The notes beneath the pieces were generated by a model. It made no database searches. It had not been told where the DNA came from and saw nothing but the letters and a program-made list of their open reading frames with translations. This document shows, one piece after another, positions 36,600-45,681 of a stretch of DNA of 64,000 bases. Source of the DNA: Polyangiales bacterium (GTDB taxonomy: Bacteria; Myxococcota_A; Polyangia; Polyangiales; Houyiibacteriaceae); contig DATIUW010000166.1 in the NCBI GenBank assembly GCA_035466435.1, forward strand, positions 15,823 through 79,822, in the 5' to 3' direction. Made by a program: the position numbers and the translations under genes. How positions within the stretch are numbered: the first letter of the stretch is position 1; the number at the start of each line of letters is the position of its first letter.

Positions 36600-37211
36600 T
36601 CAGGGAGCGACCGCGTCGGCGTCGGGCCCCGCATCATCGGTCTGCTCCGGCAGCAATGGCGCGCCCGCATCGGCCGGCAGCTCGAAGGATTCCGCGGTCC
36701 AGCCGAATAACTCGACGACGTCTTTACCGACGACGCTCACCGCATCGTCACCGGCAATGCGCACGTAGCCGCCGCCATCTACCGGCTTGCCAGAGCCTAA
36801 GATCACCGTGACTTTCGCACGGCCCATTTCGAAGGTGACTTCCGCCTCGGGCTTGTCGATGCCGAAGACGCGTAGATCCTCCGCGTTTGGGCTCTGGAGG
36901 GTACGCACGGGAATGGAGTACTCCCAGCTACGCAGATAGTCCTCGGCTGCTTCGGAGTCCGCAGGAGCCTCTACGGGCTGTTCGAGTGTCCACGTCTCAT
37001 CGAACCCCTCACCTTCGCGCCGCAGGACGATTCGCGCGTCTCCAGAGGCGATTCGGACGCGGGTGATCCTGTCGCGAACGAGCGGTTCGACCAGCAAACC
37101 GGAACGCGCCTCGACCTCGGTCCGGCCGGGCCCGTCACGCTCGAACAAGAGAACGTAGGCCAGCAATGCGGCGACCAGCACCAACAACGCCAGCGGAGCT
37201 CGCATGCTCAT
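36600..37211 (-). CDS. DUF4340-like protein (GldG-associated)
   Basis: MSMRAPLALLVLVAALLAYVLLF membrane anchor, then a W.LE.P...PADSEAAEDYL-type domain. ATG 37211 overlaps the upstream stop (ATGA 37208-37211). The longer ORF to 37541 is an Arg-rich overlap with gldG and was rejected. Confidence 0.6.
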   Translation of the reverse strand: MSMRAPLALLVLVAALLAYVLLFERDGPGRTEVEARSGLLVEPLVRDRITRVRIASGDARIVLRREGEGFDETWTLEQPVEAPADSEAAEDYLRSWEYSIPVRTLQSPNAEDLRVFGIDKPEAEVTFEMGRAKVTVILGSGKPVDGGGYVRIAGDDAVSVVGKDVVELFGWTAESFELPADAGAPLLPEQTDDAGPDADAVAP

Positions 37212-38704
37212 GATCGCCTCGACCACCAAACGCCAAAGCCGGCGATGAAGGCTGCGAGGGGCAAGAGCACCACCACTCGGAAGAGCAGATTTTGCAGGTC
37301 GGCGTCGCTCATGATGACCGCCCTCGCATTGGTCTTGCGCGGCGCGATGTTGATCAAGGCCTCTCGCTGCGTCAGCCAGCCGGCAGCCGAGGACAGAAAA
37401 TCGATGTTGGAGAGCTGCGGATTGTCGAGCAGCTCGCCGCTCATCCAGTCGCTGTCCCCCACCACCAGCAAACGTCCTGGCGTCGGACCTTCCGGCTCGA
37501 TGGGCTTCAGATCGTCGCCCAGGGGCGGCACGTACTCCCAAGCCACGGCCAACGGAACAGCGCCTGCCGAGGCAGGTGTCTGCTTCGATCCAGGTTCGAG
37601 GATGCGCCGAAGGTTCGATTCGGCCACTGCATCGTCGCTCGCGCGAAAGAGGACCTCGGTGTCGCTTTCGTCGGCCACGTCCACGGAGCGGGCGACTGCC
37701 ACGAGGATGCCGCCTCCTCGTTTTTCGATGGTTTCTACGAGCCGATGTGTGCCGAAGCGCGTGACGAGGAATAGGTCGCCGGGGTTTCCGGGGAGCTGTT
37801 GAGCGGGATCGTTCTCGATCACCAGGTCTCGCCCGAGCAAGATTCCCCGCTCTTCGAGTGAGCCCTCGAAGCCGGTGGCAACGAGAGCTTCCTTCCTGAG
37901 CACTGGGTCGAAGGCCAACAGGACGTTGCCCCCGGATGCGAGGTAACGGTCTACGATTTCGACCTCTTCGGCAGAGAACACGCGTTCGGGGCTGACGACG
38001 AACAGCGCGTCACATCCCTCGGGCACGTCGTCTCGGCGAATTTCGAACGGCTCGACCTGAATCTTTTCCCACTCGAGCTCCCGGGCTACCGGGTCGAAGC
38101 TACGTTCGCCGTAGGCCCCGATCTCCCACTCGCCATGTCCGGCGGCGAGACAAATCTTGGTCGGGTCGCCCGTGGTCACTTCTAGAATGGCGCCGGTCAG
38201 AGCACGCTCGGACTGCAGGTCGAGCTTGTGTCCGTCGGCGTCGTCGAAAGTATCGAAATCCTCGACGATGAGCTGGTGGCGTTCGACCTTCCATTTGCGC
38301 TCGCCGCTCGTCACCACCACTGGCACCTGCGAAAGCGTGACCTCGCCCGCGAGCCAGCTGTCGATACCGAACTTGTCGGCCAAGGCTTGGTAGCGCGCCC
38401 GATCCCGATCGGGATCGACCCACTCCACCGAAATCCGGTCCGTGACCGCTTTGTACTCCTCGAGAAGCGTCTCGATGTCGGCGAAATCCTGTTCGTCACG
38501 GCCGAGGAACACGTAGATCTGAACGTCCTGGTCGAGCTCGCGAAGCACCTGCTGGCTCCGTTCGGACAAGGTGAACAGCCCTTCGGAGGTCCAGTCCCAA
38601 CGCACGTAGTGACGCGACGAGACGTAGTTGACCAAGACCACGGCGATCAGACCGAGGATCGCGGTGAGGGCGAAGCTGATGCGGGTTCGACGTTGCGCGT
38701 TCAC
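37208..38704 (-). CDS. GldG-like component of an ABC-2 transport system
   Basis: N-terminal TM helix (ISFALTAILGLIAVVLVNYV), a large periplasmic domain and a C-terminal TM helix (VVVLLPLAAFIAGFGVWW), the GldG topology. GTG 38704 overlaps the permease stop (GTGA). Confidence 0.7.
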   Translation of the reverse strand: MNAQRRTRISFALTAILGLIAVVLVNYVSSRHYVRWDWTSEGLFTLSERSQQVLRELDQDVQIYVFLGRDEQDFADIETLLEEYKAVTDRISVEWVDPDRDRARYQALADKFGIDSWLAGEVTLSQVPVVVTSGERKWKVERHQLIVEDFDTFDDADGHKLDLQSERALTGAILEVTTGDPTKICLAAGHGEWEIGAYGERSFDPVARELEWEKIQVEPFEIRRDDVPEGCDALFVVSPERVFSAEEVEIVDRYLASGGNVLLAFDPVLRKEALVATGFEGSLEERGILLGRDLVIENDPAQQLPGNPGDLFLVTRFGTHRLVETIEKRGGGILVAVARSVDVADESDTEVLFRASDDAVAESNLRRILEPGSKQTPASAGAVPLAVAWEYVPPLGDDLKPIEPEGPTPGRLLVVGDSDWMSGELLDNPQLSNIDFLSSAAGWLTQREALINIAPRKTNARAVIMSDADLQNLLFRVVVLLPLAAFIAGFGVWWSRRS

Positions 38705-39444
38705 GCATGCCTCCGAGCCTTGAGGGCTCCGATGCTGAGGCCGACCGCGAGCACGGTCACCGAGGCGTCGAACACCAGATAGCGCGTATCGATCACACCC
38801 TTCGAGAAGCTCTGCATGTGGCTCCACATGCTGATGTAGGCGCAGACCTCACGCATCGCCCCATCGAAAACGAACTCGCCGATGCCCAGTGTGAAGAGAA
38901 CGCCCAGCGCGACGAATGACAGGACCGCTGCGATGATCTGGTTGGGTGCAAGGGCGCTCATCAGAAGCCCTACGGCCATGAAGTAAGCCCCCAGGGAGAA
39001 GATTCCGAAATAGCTCGCCGCCGTGGCGCCCCAATCGACGCTTCCGTGTTGGCTCATGATCCAGGCATAGATGAGGGTCGGAGCCCACAAGACGCACCAC
39101 ATGACGATGGCGGCGCCGTACTTGCCCAATACCACCGAGGCTTCCGATACGGGGGCCGTCATCAGCGTCTCGATGGTGCCGGATTGCTTTTCGGCCGCGA
39201 GCAGCCGCATGGTCAACACGGGAACGAAGACCAAGAGCGGGATGAAGAACAACGAGCTGCCGCCGAAAAAAGCCGAAAGTGGCGTGGCCGCTCCGGATGC
39301 TACGGCATTGCGGGCGTAGAACTCGGTCAATACCCAGAATACGACCCCGTTCCACGTCAACCAAGAGGTCAGCACGACGTATGCCAATGGCGACACGAAG
39401 AACGAAGCGAGCTCGCGCCGCATGATGACCCAGGCGCTCTTCAT
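38701..39444 (-). CDS. ABC-2 type transporter permease (GldF-like)
   Basis: 247 aa with about 6 hydrophobic helices. Begins MKSAWVIMRRELASFFVSPLAYVV, typical of ABC-2 permeases. ATGA overlap with the ATPase gene at 39441-39444. Confidence 0.75.
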   Translation of the reverse strand: MKSAWVIMRRELASFFVSPLAYVVLTSWLTWNGVVFWVLTEFYARNAVASGAATPLSAFFGGSSLFFIPLLVFVPVLTMRLLAAEKQSGTIETLMTAPVSEASVVLGKYGAAIVMWCVLWAPTLIYAWIMSQHGSVDWGATAASYFGIFSLGAYFMAVGLLMSALAPNQIIAAVLSFVALGVLFTLGIGEFVFDGAMREVCAYISMWSHMQSFSKGVIDTRYLVFDASVTVLAVGLSIGALKARRHA

Positions 39445-40154
39445 CGTGCGGGCTCCGTCGAGGTCGAGGTGGTCAAGCTCGCGAACACGTCTTCGAGGCT
39501 CGTTTCCGTGTCTTCGGACTCGAGGTCGGCAACTTTCTGACCAGCGTGGATGATGATCACGCGATCGCACACGGCCGCGACTTCCGAAAGAATGTGGGTC
39601 GACAGCAAAACCGTCTTGTCGCGGCGAAAGCTGCGCACGAGCTCGCGAAACTGTCTGACCTGGTTCGGGTCGAGCCCGGACGTCGGCTCGTCCAGAATCA
39701 AAATGGGCGGATCGGCGATGAGCGCTTCGGCCAGACCGACTCGCTGTCGATAGCCCTTGGAGAGCTGTCCGATGATTCGGCGGCGCGCATCGGCGACCCC
39801 GGCCCGTTCGAGAGATCGATCGACGGCGTCTGAAACCGCGGCGACTCCCTTGAGCGCTGCCCGATGCCGCAGGTACTCGTAGACGCGCATCTCGCGGTAC
39901 AGAGGGACGCCTTCAGGCATGTAGCCGAGCCGCTCTCGCGCTCCTATGGGATCCTGCAGCGCATCGATGCCGTCGATGCGAATGGCTCCCGAGCTCGGCG
40001 CGAGATAACCGGTCAGCATGCGCAGGGTCGTCGTCTTGCCGGCGCCGTTCGGGCCGAGGAAACCCACGATCTCGCCGCTTGCGACCCGGAACGACACGTC
40101 GCGGACCGCCCACCTGTTGCCGTATCGTCTGCTTAGCGACTCGACTTCGATCAC
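39441..40154 (-). CDS. ABC transporter ATP-binding protein (GldA-like)
   Basis: Walker A GPNGAGKTT, signature LSKGYRQRV, Walker B ILILDEPTSGLD and an H-loop (LSTH); GTG start at 40154. Confidence 0.9.
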   Translation of the reverse strand: MIEVESLSRRYGNRWAVRDVSFRVASGEIVGFLGPNGAGKTTTLRMLTGYLAPSSGAIRIDGIDALQDPIGARERLGYMPEGVPLYREMRVYEYLRHRAALKGVAAVSDAVDRSLERAGVADARRRIIGQLSKGYRQRVGLAEALIADPPILILDEPTSGLDPNQVRQFRELVRSFRRDKTVLLSTHILSEVAAVCDRVIIIHAGQKVADLESEDTETSLEDVFASLTTSTSTEPAR

Positions 40155-40276
40155 GAAATGCCCGTCCGGCCGACCGAGGTAGTCGATGCGATCGGGAGTT
40201 GCAACTGGAGACCTGTGCAGGTCCTGCCGCTTTCTCGCCTCCCGCCGGGCGCCTTCCTTACGATCTCCCGGTTCAC

Positions 40277-41281
40277 ATGCCCTCCATTCCCTGGAACGTT
40301 CGGTTGACCTGCTGCGCGATTTCGATCGTCGCCGGCGGCTCCTTCGTCGGCGCTTCGGAGATCAGCATCCGGCCGGAAGCGATCGCGGCGGCAGCCGTTC
40401 CGGACGCAACGGTGCCGATCCCCGAGCCCGGATACGCGGAGCCCATGCACGCCGAGCCGGGGCCGGAGACGATTCGTCGGGTCGGAGTCGTGAGAAACCC
40501 GGACCCCACGGGCGAACGCTTTCCGAGCGGTCTCACCCTCTCGGGAGGGAGCAAGCACCGCACCATCCTATTCACGTTCGATGATGGTCCCTCGCGGCGC
40601 ACGACCCCCCTGCTCCTCGACATCTTGGACGAGCTCGGCATCAAGGCGGTTTTCTTCGTCACGAGCGAGAGCTTTGGCGATGGCAATCCATGGGAGCGGG
40701 CCCACGCGGGGATCGTCCGGGATATCGTCCGCCGAGGTCATACGATCGGGAATCATACGGAAACCCACCGCCAGCTTCCTCTGCTGCCGGATGCCGAGAT
40801 CGAGGCGGAGCTGGCCCTGAGCGAACGAAAGATCGCGGGCGCGGTCGGCCGAGTGCCCAGGTTGATTCGGCCTCCGGGGGGCGCACTTTCCAAGCGGGTC
40901 GAGGGGCTGCTTGGCGCGCGCGGTTACACGAGCGTGATGTGGGCCCTCTACCCTGGCGATCTGGAGGTTCACACGCCCGAGGAGGTGGTTCGCACCTTCT
41001 TTCGGGTCCTCGAGCGACGAGAGCGTGACACGGGAGAGCGGGGAGGCATCGTCCTGATGCACGACACCAAGGAGCACAGTCTGCGGGCGGTTCCCCATCT
41101 GGTCGAGGCCCTCCAAAAGCGCAATTGCGCGCTGTTGCACGAGGGTGACGAGCTCTACGACATCGTCGATGATCTGGGCTACTTCATACCCGGCTACGAG
41201 CCGGACGAGCCATTCGAGGAGCGGCAGACCCGGCTTCGACGCGAAACCCAGCAGCGCTGTGATGCCTTGGCGCTGCGCTGA
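40277..41281 (+). CDS. Polysaccharide deacetylase (NodB/CE4 domain) protein
   Basis: TILFTFDDGP (TFDD motif), IGNHTETH (HxxxH) and RPPGG motifs of CE4 deacetylases. N-terminal hydrophobic segment CCAISIVAGGSFVGA. ATG 40277 chosen; the longest ORF (40079) would overlap the ABC ATPase gene. Confidence 0.8.
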   Translation: MPSIPWNVRLTCCAISIVAGGSFVGASEISIRPEAIAAAAVPDATVPIPEPGYAEPMHAEPGPETIRRVGVVRNPDPTGERFPSGLTLSGGSKHRTILFTFDDGPSRRTTPLLLDILDELGIKAVFFVTSESFGDGNPWERAHAGIVRDIVRRGHTIGNHTETHRQLPLLPDAEIEAELALSERKIAGAVGRVPRLIRPPGGALSKRVEGLLGARGYTSVMWALYPGDLEVHTPEEVVRTFFRVLERRERDTGERGGIVLMHDTKEHSLRAVPHLVEALQKRNCALLHEGDELYDIVDDLGYFIPGYEPDEPFEERQTRLRRETQQRCDALALR

Positions 41282-41899
41282 CTAGCGCCGCCGCGCCAGA
41301 ATCCGCCAGATCGGAAGACCGTCCTCGATGGCTCGCTTCTCTCGATTCGAGCGTGCGCCGAAGGGATTCTCGTCGACGTAGCCGCTTTCCGATGCCAGCG
41401 TGAATTCCGGCCTCTCGCGAAGCTGCGCGACATATTCCTCGGCCCGCTGCTGCACGTCGGTTTGAATGAATAGCTCCCCCCCGGGCTTCATCAGCCGAGC
41501 GAGCTCGGTGAGCAGGGCCTGGCCGAGGACGCGACGCTTGCCGTGCCGCTTCTTCCACCAAGGGTCCGGAAAATGAAGCGCTACCCGCTGCACCGATCCG
41601 CTGGGCTCCGCCCTCTTCAAGATTTCGCGGGCATCTCCTTGCATTACCGTCACATTCGCCAGGCCGCGCCGTCGGAGCCGCTGGTCGACCTTGTAGGCGA
41701 GCTTGACCTTGAGCTCGATCCCGATGATGCGGCTCTCGGGTGAGACCTCGGCCCGCTCGAAAAGCGACAAACCCCGCCCAAAACCGATGTCGAGCTCGAT
41801 CGGGCCCGAGTCTTGCACCATGGCCTCGAGCGAAAACCGTCCCTCGGGCGCGCTCGGCGCATGCTCGCGGTACAGCCGCCGTAGGTCCGAATCCGACAC
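41282..41899 (-). CDS. trmB: tRNA (guanine46-N7)-methyltransferase
   Basis: IELDIGFGRG SAM-binding motif and the HFPDPWWKKRHGKRR motif characteristic of TrmB; 205 aa. Its stop abuts the deacetylase stop. Confidence 0.85.
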   Translation of the reverse strand: MSDSDLRRLYREHAPSAPEGRFSLEAMVQDSGPIELDIGFGRGLSLFERAEVSPESRIIGIELKVKLAYKVDQRLRRRGLANVTVMQGDAREILKRAEPSGSVQRVALHFPDPWWKKRHGKRRVLGQALLTELARLMKPGGELFIQTDVQQRAEEYVAQLRERPEFTLASESGYVDENPFGARSNREKRAIEDGLPIWRILARRR

Positions 41900-42012
41900 T
41901 CGCGCTGCCTACCGGGGCCGGCACCACGGGTCAAACCGGATACGCTCCTTCTTGACCTCAAAGGTGCCTATCGCGTATGCCAGCGAGCATACATCTACGT
42001 GAATGGGGCTTG

Positions 42013-42837
42013 ATGTCGATGAGGATTCTAGTCGTCGAAGACAGCGTCAGCATGCGCCGAGTCATGGAAATGACTTTCGCAGGCGAGGACGCGGAGCTGC
42101 TTGCCGTCGAAAGCGGTGAGCTTGCATTGGAGCGAGGCCGTGACTTCGGTCCGGACGTGGCGTTCATCGACGCTTCGCTTCCGGGGATCGACGGTTACGA
42201 GGTCACACGGGCGATCAAGTCCGATCCTCAGTTGGCCGGCACCGCCGTAATTCTGATGGCGAGCCAGCATCGTCCGCTGGACGCCGCGCGCGCTTCCGAG
42301 GTGGGGGCGGACGACCACATTCTGAAGCCTTTCGATACCCAAGAAGCGATCGAGAAGGCCACGAGCTTGGCCGGCGGAGCCGAGACGTTTTACGAGGCCC
42401 CTTCGATCCCCCTCGCCCGCCCCGCGACGACGCCTCCGAGGCCGGTCACCCAGCCGTCGCATCGCCCGACGCCACCCCCATTGCCCATCGGCGGGCCCAC
42501 GTCGCGCCCCATGTCGCCGACCCCGATGACTCGCACTCCGTTGACCGGGGCGCAGGTCTCGGTTGCGCCGGTCGCAGCATCTTCATCGCATCCCTCGGAG
42601 CGAGTTGCGGCTCCCGTTTCATCTCGTCCCGTGCCGGCTGCCGCGGCGAGCGCGGCCCACGAGGCGATTTCAGAGTCCGTGGTCGAGAGGCTGCAAATGC
42701 TCGGGCTCACGCCCGATCAAGTCGAGGGTGTGCTCAAGCTTTCGGCGGAGGTCGTCGAGCGTGTCGTATGGGAGGTCGTGCCCGAGCTCGCCGAGGCCAT
42801 GATTCGCGAGGAGCTGCATCGTCTCGTCGGCGACTGA
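42013..42837 (+). CDS. Response regulator: receiver domain + Pro-rich linker + conserved-looking C-terminal helical tail
   Basis: MSMRILVVEDS...VAFIDASLPGIDG...ILKPF receiver motifs. A linker of about 90 aa rich in Pro/Ser/Thr. C-terminal tail LGLTPDQVEGVLKLSAEVVERVVWEVVPELAEAMIREEL. A candidate TTGACC-N18-TATGCC promoter lies at 41952-41981 (weak). Confidence 0.75.
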   Translation: MSMRILVVEDSVSMRRVMEMTFAGEDAELLAVESGELALERGRDFGPDVAFIDASLPGIDGYEVTRAIKSDPQLAGTAVILMASQHRPLDAARASEVGADDHILKPFDTQEAIEKATSLAGGAETFYEAPSIPLARPATTPPRPVTQPSHRPTPPPLPIGGPTSRPMSPTPMTRTPLTGAQVSVAPVAASSSHPSERVAAPVSSRPVPAAAASAAHEAISESVVERLQMLGLTPDQVEGVLKLSAEVVERVVWEVVPELAEAMIREELHRLVGD

Positions 42838-42878
42838 GACTTGACTGGCCAGCGATTTCACCGCACACGGTCGGTCGG

Positions 42879-45662
42879 ATGACCGCTCATTCCGACGAGA
42901 TGCCCAAGCAATACTCGCCGACCGAGAGCGAGACGCGCTGGTACGAGTTCTGGGAGAGGTCCGGGTTCTTCGCGGCTTCCGAGGATCCCGACGATCTTCG
43001 ACCGACTTACACGTTGGCGATTCCGCCGCCCAACGTCACGGGCTCGCTGCACATGGGTCACGCGTGCCGGACGACGTTCGAGGACGTGCTTTGCCGTCAC
43101 AAACGCATGCTGGGCTACAACACGCTGTGGGTTCCCGGTATCGATCATGCGGGCATCGCCACGCAGGTCGTGGTGGAGCGGCAGCTCAAGAACGAGGGCT
43201 TGACCCGTCATGACCTCGGCCGCGAGAAGTTCATCGAGCGCGTCTGGCAGTGGAAAGAGCAGTCGGGCGGACGGATCCTGCAACAGCTTCGCAAGATGGG
43301 CGCGTCCTGCGATTGGAGTCGGACCAAGTTCACGATGGATCCGGACATGGTGCGCGCCGTTCGCGAAGCATTCGTACGGTTGTACGAGCAAGGGCTGATC
43401 TACCGGGACACCCGCCTGGTGAACTGGGACGTCGAATCGCAAACCGTCCTGTCCGACCTCGAAGTGGAGCAAGAGGAGAACGTCGAGGGCGCGATGTTCG
43501 ACTTCGCGTATCCGCTGGCAGACGGCGACGGCGAAGTCGTCGTCTCGACGACCCGCCCAGAGACGATGCTCGGCGACACTGCCGTGGCCATCCACCCGGA
43601 GGATCCCCGGTATCGACATCTTCACGGCAAGTACGTCCGGCATCCCTTCGTCGATCGGCTCATCCCGGTGATCCTCGATGGCGAGCTGGTGGACCCCGAG
43701 CTCGGAACTGGCGTGGTGAAGGTGACGCCGGCGCACGACCCAAACGACTTCGCCACCGGAAAGCGGCACGGCCTCGAGGAGATCAACATCCTGAATCTCG
43801 ACGGCACGCTCAACGAAAATGCAGGACGCTTTCAGGGCCTCGATCGCTTCGAAGCGCGCAAGGCCGTCGAGATCGAGCTTGCCAATCGTGGATTGGCGCG
43901 CGGGCGCAAGAAACACATGATGACGCTCCCCCGGTCTCAGCGCTCGGGGACGATCGTCGAGCCGATGATCTCGACCCAATGGTTCGTGAAGATGAAGCCC
44001 ATGGCAGCCCCTGCCATCGAGGCGGTCGAAAACGGCACCATTCAAATCCTCCCGAGCGAATGGACGAAGACCTACTTTCATTGGCTGCGAAACATCCAGG
44101 ACTGGTGTATTTCCCGCCAACTCTGGTGGGGACACCCCATTCCCGCATGGTATTGTGACGACTGCGATCACGTGACCGTGTCGCGAGACGACCCCACGAC
44201 TTGCGGTGGTTGCGGTGGCGCTGCGATTCATCAAGACGAAGACGTTCTCGACACCTGGTTCAGCTCCGGGCTTTGGCCGTTTTCCACGTTAGGTTGGCCC
44301 GAACGCACGCCAGCGTTGGAGCGTTTCTATCCGACCCAAGACATGGAGACGGGATACGACATCCTGTTCTTCTGGGTCGCCCGCATGATCATGATGGGGC
44401 TGCACTTCATGGGAGAGGTGCCCTTCACCCGGGTTCTGTTGGCTGGTTTGGTGACTGACGAGCGCGGCGAGAAGATGAGCAAGGTGAAGGGCAACGTGAT
44501 CGACCCGCTCGACGTGATTTCGGGTGCGACGATCGAGCAGCTAGTCGAAAAGGCGGAAAAAGCAGGCGCAAAGAAGGCTGGCATCAAGTATTTGAAGGCG
44601 ACTTATCCAGAAGGCTTCGCGGCCTACGGTGCCGATGCGTTGCGCATGACCCTGCTGAGCTACTCGCCACAGTCGCGGCGCATCGCGCTTTCAATCAAGC
44701 GCATCGAAGGCTATCGCAACTTCGCCAACAAGCTGTGGAACGCCTCGCGCTATGCACTGATGCGGCTGAGTGACTCGGGCACGGTGGCGGCGCAGAAGCG
44801 GCCGCAGCCCAAGGCTCTGGCCAACCGTTGGATCCTCTCCCGCTTGTATCATGCGCTCGACGTCGCGTCGGCGGGTCTCGATGCCTATCGCCTCGATGAA
44901 GCATCGGGAGCGCTCTATCACTTCGTGTGGGACGAGCTCTGCGACTGGTATCTCGAGGTGAGCAAGCCGGCGCTCGACAGCGGCAATGATGCGTTGGTCG
45001 AGGAGACACAGGCAACCTTGGCGCATGCGCTCGAGACCGTTCTCCGTGCGCTTCATCCGATGATGCCACACATCACCGAAGAAATTTGGCAGCGGGTCCC
45101 CAAGTGGGCCGGCGCGCCATCTAGCATCATGATCAGCCGATTTCCTTCGGCACTGGTCGATGCCAAGATCGATCGAGGGGCGGAGCAGGACTTCGAGGTG
45201 TTGAAGGCTTTCGTGGGCAGCGTCAGAACGATACGCGCCGAGCACGACGTTCCCAAGAGCCAGGCGATGAGAATTCACTGGCACACCGACGATGCCAAGA
45301 AACGAGACGTGCTCGAGGCCGAGCGCCTGACCATCGAGAGCCTCGCCCGATGTGAAATGTGCTTCGAGGCGGATCCAGCCAAGCTCGATGACCCAGCGGC
45401 GCATTTCGACGACGCTGCCGTGTTCGTGAATCCGGGGGTGCGGGCGGCAGTTCCGGGCGTCATCGACACCGACAAGGAACGCGACCGCTTGCAACGCGAC
45501 CTCAAAAAGATCGAGAAGGAGCTCGTCGCCGTCGAGAAGAAGCTCTCCAATCCGAGCTTTCTCGAGCGCGCCCCACGAGAGGTCGTCGAAAAGTCCAGGC
45601 GCGATGCCTCCGAGCTCCGGGAGAAACGCGAACGATTGGAAGCAGCACTGAGCAGTCTTTGA
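42879..45662 (+). CDS. valS: Valine--tRNA ligase
   Basis: HIGH-type motif in PNVTGSLHMGHA, KMSKS-type motif in GEKMSKVKGN and a C-terminal coiled coil (KERDRLQRDLKKIEKELVAVEKKLSN). ATG 42879 chosen. Confidence 0.95.
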   Translation: MTAHSDEMPKQYSPTESETRWYEFWERSGFFAASEDPDDLRPTYTLAIPPPNVTGSLHMGHACRTTFEDVLCRHKRMLGYNTLWVPGIDHAGIATQVVVERQLKNEGLTRHDLGREKFIERVWQWKEQSGGRILQQLRKMGASCDWSRTKFTMDPDMVRAVREAFVRLYEQGLIYRDTRLVNWDVESQTVLSDLEVEQEENVEGAMFDFAYPLADGDGEVVVSTTRPETMLGDTAVAIHPEDPRYRHLHGKYVRHPFVDRLIPVILDGELVDPELGTGVVKVTPAHDPNDFATGKRHGLEEINILNLDGTLNENAGRFQGLDRFEARKAVEIELANRGLARGRKKHMMTLPRSQRSGTIVEPMISTQWFVKMKPMAAPAIEAVENGTIQILPSEWTKTYFHWLRNIQDWCISRQLWWGHPIPAWYCDDCDHVTVSRDDPTTCGGCGGAAIHQDEDVLDTWFSSGLWPFSTLGWPERTPALERFYPTQDMETGYDILFFWVARMIMMGLHFMGEVPFTRVLLAGLVTDERGEKMSKVKGNVIDPLDVISGATIEQLVEKAEKAGAKKAGIKYLKATYPEGFAAYGADALRMTLLSYSPQSRRIALSIKRIEGYRNFANKLWNASRYALMRLSDSGTVAAQKRPQPKALANRWILSRLYHALDVASAGLDAYRLDEASGALYHFVWDELCDWYLEVSKPALDSGNDALVEETQATLAHALETVLRALHPMMPHITEEIWQRVPKWAGAPSSIMISRFPSALVDAKIDRGAEQDFEVLKAFVGSVRTIRAEHDVPKSQAMRIHWHTDDAKKRDVLEAERLTIESLARCEMCFEADPAKLDDPAAHFDDAAVFVNPGVRAAVPGVIDTDKERDRLQRDLKKIEKELVAVEKKLSNPSFLERAPREVVEKSRRDASELREKRERLEAALSSL

Positions 45663-45681
45663 GAGCGAGCACTTGGACCCG

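Noticed and set aside
36600-37541. Full-length 313-aa version of the DUF4340-like ORF.
   Set aside because: The first 110 codons overlap the GldG-like gene and are Arg/Ala/Gly-rich. ATG 37211 gives a proper membrane anchor and an ATGA junction.
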